The position numbers were made by a program, and so were the translations under genes. From positions 1-63,171 of the forward strand of contig JAZKGO010000001.1 in the NCBI GenBank assembly GCA_040385875.1: DNA of 63,171 bases, given 5' to 3'. This document shows positions 60,933-63,171 of this stretch, in pieces. The DNA comes from Bacteroidota bacterium. Its GTDB lineage: Bacteria > Bacteroidota > Bacteroidia > Cytophagales > Spirosomataceae. The stretch's first letter is position 1; each line of letters begins with the position of its first letter. Below the pieces are notes generated by a model that did not search any database, had not been told where the DNA came from, and saw nothing but the letters and a program-made list of their open reading frames with translations.

Positions 60933-63171
60933 ATGAAAAAAATATTCGCAATTGTTGGTATTGTTTTATTATTCTCAATACTTCTATTGGCCTCTTTACC
61001 GCTCTTTTTTAAAGATAAAATCAAAGCGAAAATTGATGTAGAAATTGAGAAGAAAATTGATGCCAAAGTATTTTATGGCGATTTTGGCCTATCAATATTC
61101 AAAAATTTCCCGCAAATTACTGTTAGTCTTTCCAATTTTGGGATAACAGGAAATGCCCCTTTCCGTAGTGATACTTTGGTGGCTGCCCAAGAATTTAATA
61201 CGAGCTTCGACTTGATGAGTATTTTCAAGGAAAGCCAAATCAAGGTGAATTCCGTTACTTTAAACCAACCCAAAATACACTTGAAAGTACTTAAAGATGG
61301 CACCAATAATTTTGACATTTATAAGCAAAAACCTGATAATCAGGCTGATTCGAGTAGCTCTTCCTTTTCTGCCTCCATCAGTGAATGGGAAATTAATAAC
61401 GGCCAAATTATCTATGACGATAGACAAATGCCCGCTTTCATCAAATTTTCAAATATAAACCATCAAGGCAATGGCGACATTATGAGCCAAGTTTTTGACT
61501 TGGATACCAAAACAACAATTGAAAAATCTGAAATCACTTATAAAAACAATTCTTATTTGAACGACCGAAGCATTAGTTTTGAAGGGCCTATAAAAGTAGA
61601 CTTGCGTAAAAGCAGTTACGAACTGAAAGCTGGCAAATTGCAAATCAACGACTTTCCCATTGATTTGGATGGTATGGTGCAAATGCCCGATACAAATATC
61701 CATTTGGACATTCGCTTTAAAACCAAAGAAAATGAAGATTTCAAAAAGTTAATATCCTTAATACCAGCTTTTTATACCGAAAATTATCAAGAGATTGAAA
61801 CTTCAGGAGGTTTCTCCATTTCGGGAAACGCAAAAGGTATTTATAACAGCCATCAAACTCCTACATTTGAAATTACAGCAAAAGTAAACAAAGGTCGCTT
61901 GCAATTCCCTTCCCTTTCAGTGCCCATCACTGATGTAAATATCGATGGTTTTTTCGAAAACAAAACGGATAAACTAATCAATACCCTAATCAATTTGAAA
62001 AGTTTCAATCTCAATTTGGGTAAAAATCCAATAAAAGGGCATGTACTATTAACTGGACTCCAAAATTCAAAAGTAGATGCCGCCATAAAAGGAGTAGTAG
62101 ATTTGGCGGAAATCATTAAAATATTTCCGATGAAAGGCCTGAACATGAGAGGGAATTTGAATGCCGACTTTGTAGCTAAAGGTTATTATACGAAGAACGA
62201 ATTTCCAAAAGTATCTGGTAATCTCAACCTTAAAAATGGTTTTATTAAATCCGTCGAATTCGCAGAGCCAATTGAAAAAATCAATGTAATAGCCTCTATA
62301 TCAAATAGTTCTGGAAAGCCAACCGATACCAGAATAAATCTTTCGGATGCTAGTTTAGTATTACAAAATGAGCCGTTTCAATTAAAAGGAACTATCCAAA
62401 ATCTTGACAATGCTCAGTGGGATTTGTCCGCAAAAGGAAAGCTCGATTTAACCCGAATTACAGCTATTTTTCCAGTTTCTGGCACCACCCTGAAAGGTAA
62501 AATCGATGCCAATATCACCACTAAAGGCAATATGGAGGCCATTAAAAAAAGCCAGTATCAAAACCTAAATATGGCTGGTACAGCTATATTGAAAGATTTT
62601 GAATATAACGCAACGGATTTCCCCAAACCCTTTTCCGCAAAATCTGTCGATTTGACCTTTAGTCCGACTCAAATAATAGCCACAAATGCCTCTGGTTTCT
62701 TGGGGAATAGCGATTATGAAGGTTCTGGCACTTTCTCCAACTATTTTGGCTATGTATTTAATAATGAATCACTTAATGGCAATTTAGATTTGGTTTCAAA
62801 ATCATTCAACCTAAACGAATGGATGGAAGACGAGCCCCAACAAAACAATAAAAGTTTATTAGCCAGTGATTTGAGAGCTGTAGAAATACCCAAAAATCTG
62901 AACCTAAACATCCATGCTAAAATAGGCGAATCGGCGTATGAAAAAATGAAAATTTCGGCAGCAAACGGGGATATTTTGGTTAAAAATGGTACGGTAAAAA
63001 TACAAAATGCCACCTTTAGCTCATTGGGAGGCAGCTTTGTAACCAATGGAAGCTATAACTCACAAGACATTACACATCCCAAATTTGAATTTGATTTAGA
63101 TCTTCAAAAAATTGACATTGCTCAGTCGTATCAGCACTTGTGGGTAGTGCGCAATTTAGTACCAATTGCCG
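60933..63171 (+). CDS. AsmA-family outer-membrane biogenesis protein, 5' partial (runs off window)
   Basis: The ATG at 60933 gives MKKIFAIVGIVLLFSILLLASLPLFFKDKIKAKI..., a single N-terminal TM. Long repetitive beta-rich sequence follows. I checked the frame at several points and it stays open to the window end. It is absent from the ORF track only because it has no stop. Confidence 0.75.
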   Translation, partial: MKKIFAIVGIVLLFSILLLASLPLFFKDKIKAKIDVEIEKKIDAKVFYGDFGLSIFKNFPQITVSLSNFGITGNAPFRSDTLVAAQEFNTSFDLMSIFKESQIKVNSVTLNQPKIHLKVLKDGTNNFDIYKQKPDNQADSSSSSFSASISEWEINNGQIIYDDRQMPAFIKFSNINHQGNGDIMSQVFDLDTKTTIEKSEITYKNNSYLNDRSISFEGPIKVDLRKSSYELKAGKLQINDFPIDLDGMVQMPDTNIHLDIRFKTKENEDFKKLISLIPAFYTENYQEIETSGGFSISGNAKGIYNSHQTPTFEITAKVNKGRLQFPSLSVPITDVNIDGFFENKTDKLINTLINLKSFNLNLGKNPIKGHVLLTGLQNSKVDAAIKGVVDLAEIIKIFPMKGLNMRGNLNADFVAKGYYTKNEFPKVSGNLNLKNGFIKSVEFAEPIEKINVIASISNSSGKPTDTRINLSDASLVLQNEPFQLKGTIQNLDNAQWDLSAKGKLDLTRITAIFPVSGTTLKGKIDANITTKGNMEAIKKSQYQNLNMAGTAILKDFEYNATDFPKPFSAKSVDLTFSPTQIIATNASGFLGNSDYEGSGTFSNYFGYVFNNESLNGNLDLVSKSFNLNEWMEDEPQQNNKSLLASDLRAVEIPKNLNLNIHAKIGESAYEKMKISAANGDILVKNGTVKIQNATFSSLGGSFVTNGSYNSQDITHPKFEFDLDLQKIDIAQSYQHLWVVRNLVPIA

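Overview
This is an AT-rich chromosomal segment that looks like Bacteroidota. The clues are lipoprotein and ...AQ-type signal peptides, a T9SS C-terminal sorting tail, GldB, LytS/LytTR pairs, leaders without Shine-Dalgarno sequences, and several TTG/GTG starts. I count about 57 protein genes. By eye I found no rRNA, tRNA, CRISPR array, integrase, prophage or recognisable defence island.

Positions 1-20.9 kb form an arabinan/L-arabinose utilisation locus. It holds CE1-type esterases, a GH43 arabinanase with a ricin/CBM13 tail, two GH51 arabinofuranosidases, a GH127, a Nudix/NrtR-type AraR, araB, araA, araD, an SSS symporter and a mutarotase. No SusC/SusD pair lies inside the window.

The rest is mostly housekeeping and envelope genes:
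- comB, an isolated nuoD, a RAYT transposase flanked by REP palindromes, and an S9 peptidase
- NRAMP, YceI, a Plug/beta-barrel OMP with a LytS/LytTR pair, and a RidA / D-TA-type PLP enzyme / M19 dipeptidase operon
- a second mutarotase, an AI-2E transporter, a PhoB/PhoR-like pair, recO, a GT2 gene, and a 1330-aa T9SS subtilase
- gcvT, an M20 peptidase, TetR, gldB, an ABC exporter, Fur, three unknown envelope genes, gmhA and a partial AsmA

The least ordinary items are:
1. A four-helix-bundle (23S-rRNA-IVS/Avd-fold) ORF wrapped in telomere-like TTAGGG/CCCTAAA heptamer arrays and wedged between araA and araD.
2. The RAYT/REP unit.
3. A homopolymer frameshift in a small secreted-protein gene.
4. 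Candidate AraR operators.
5. Two small operons of unknown or only inferred function.

None of these is demonstrably a new system from sequence alone, and the interest scores are set with that in mind.
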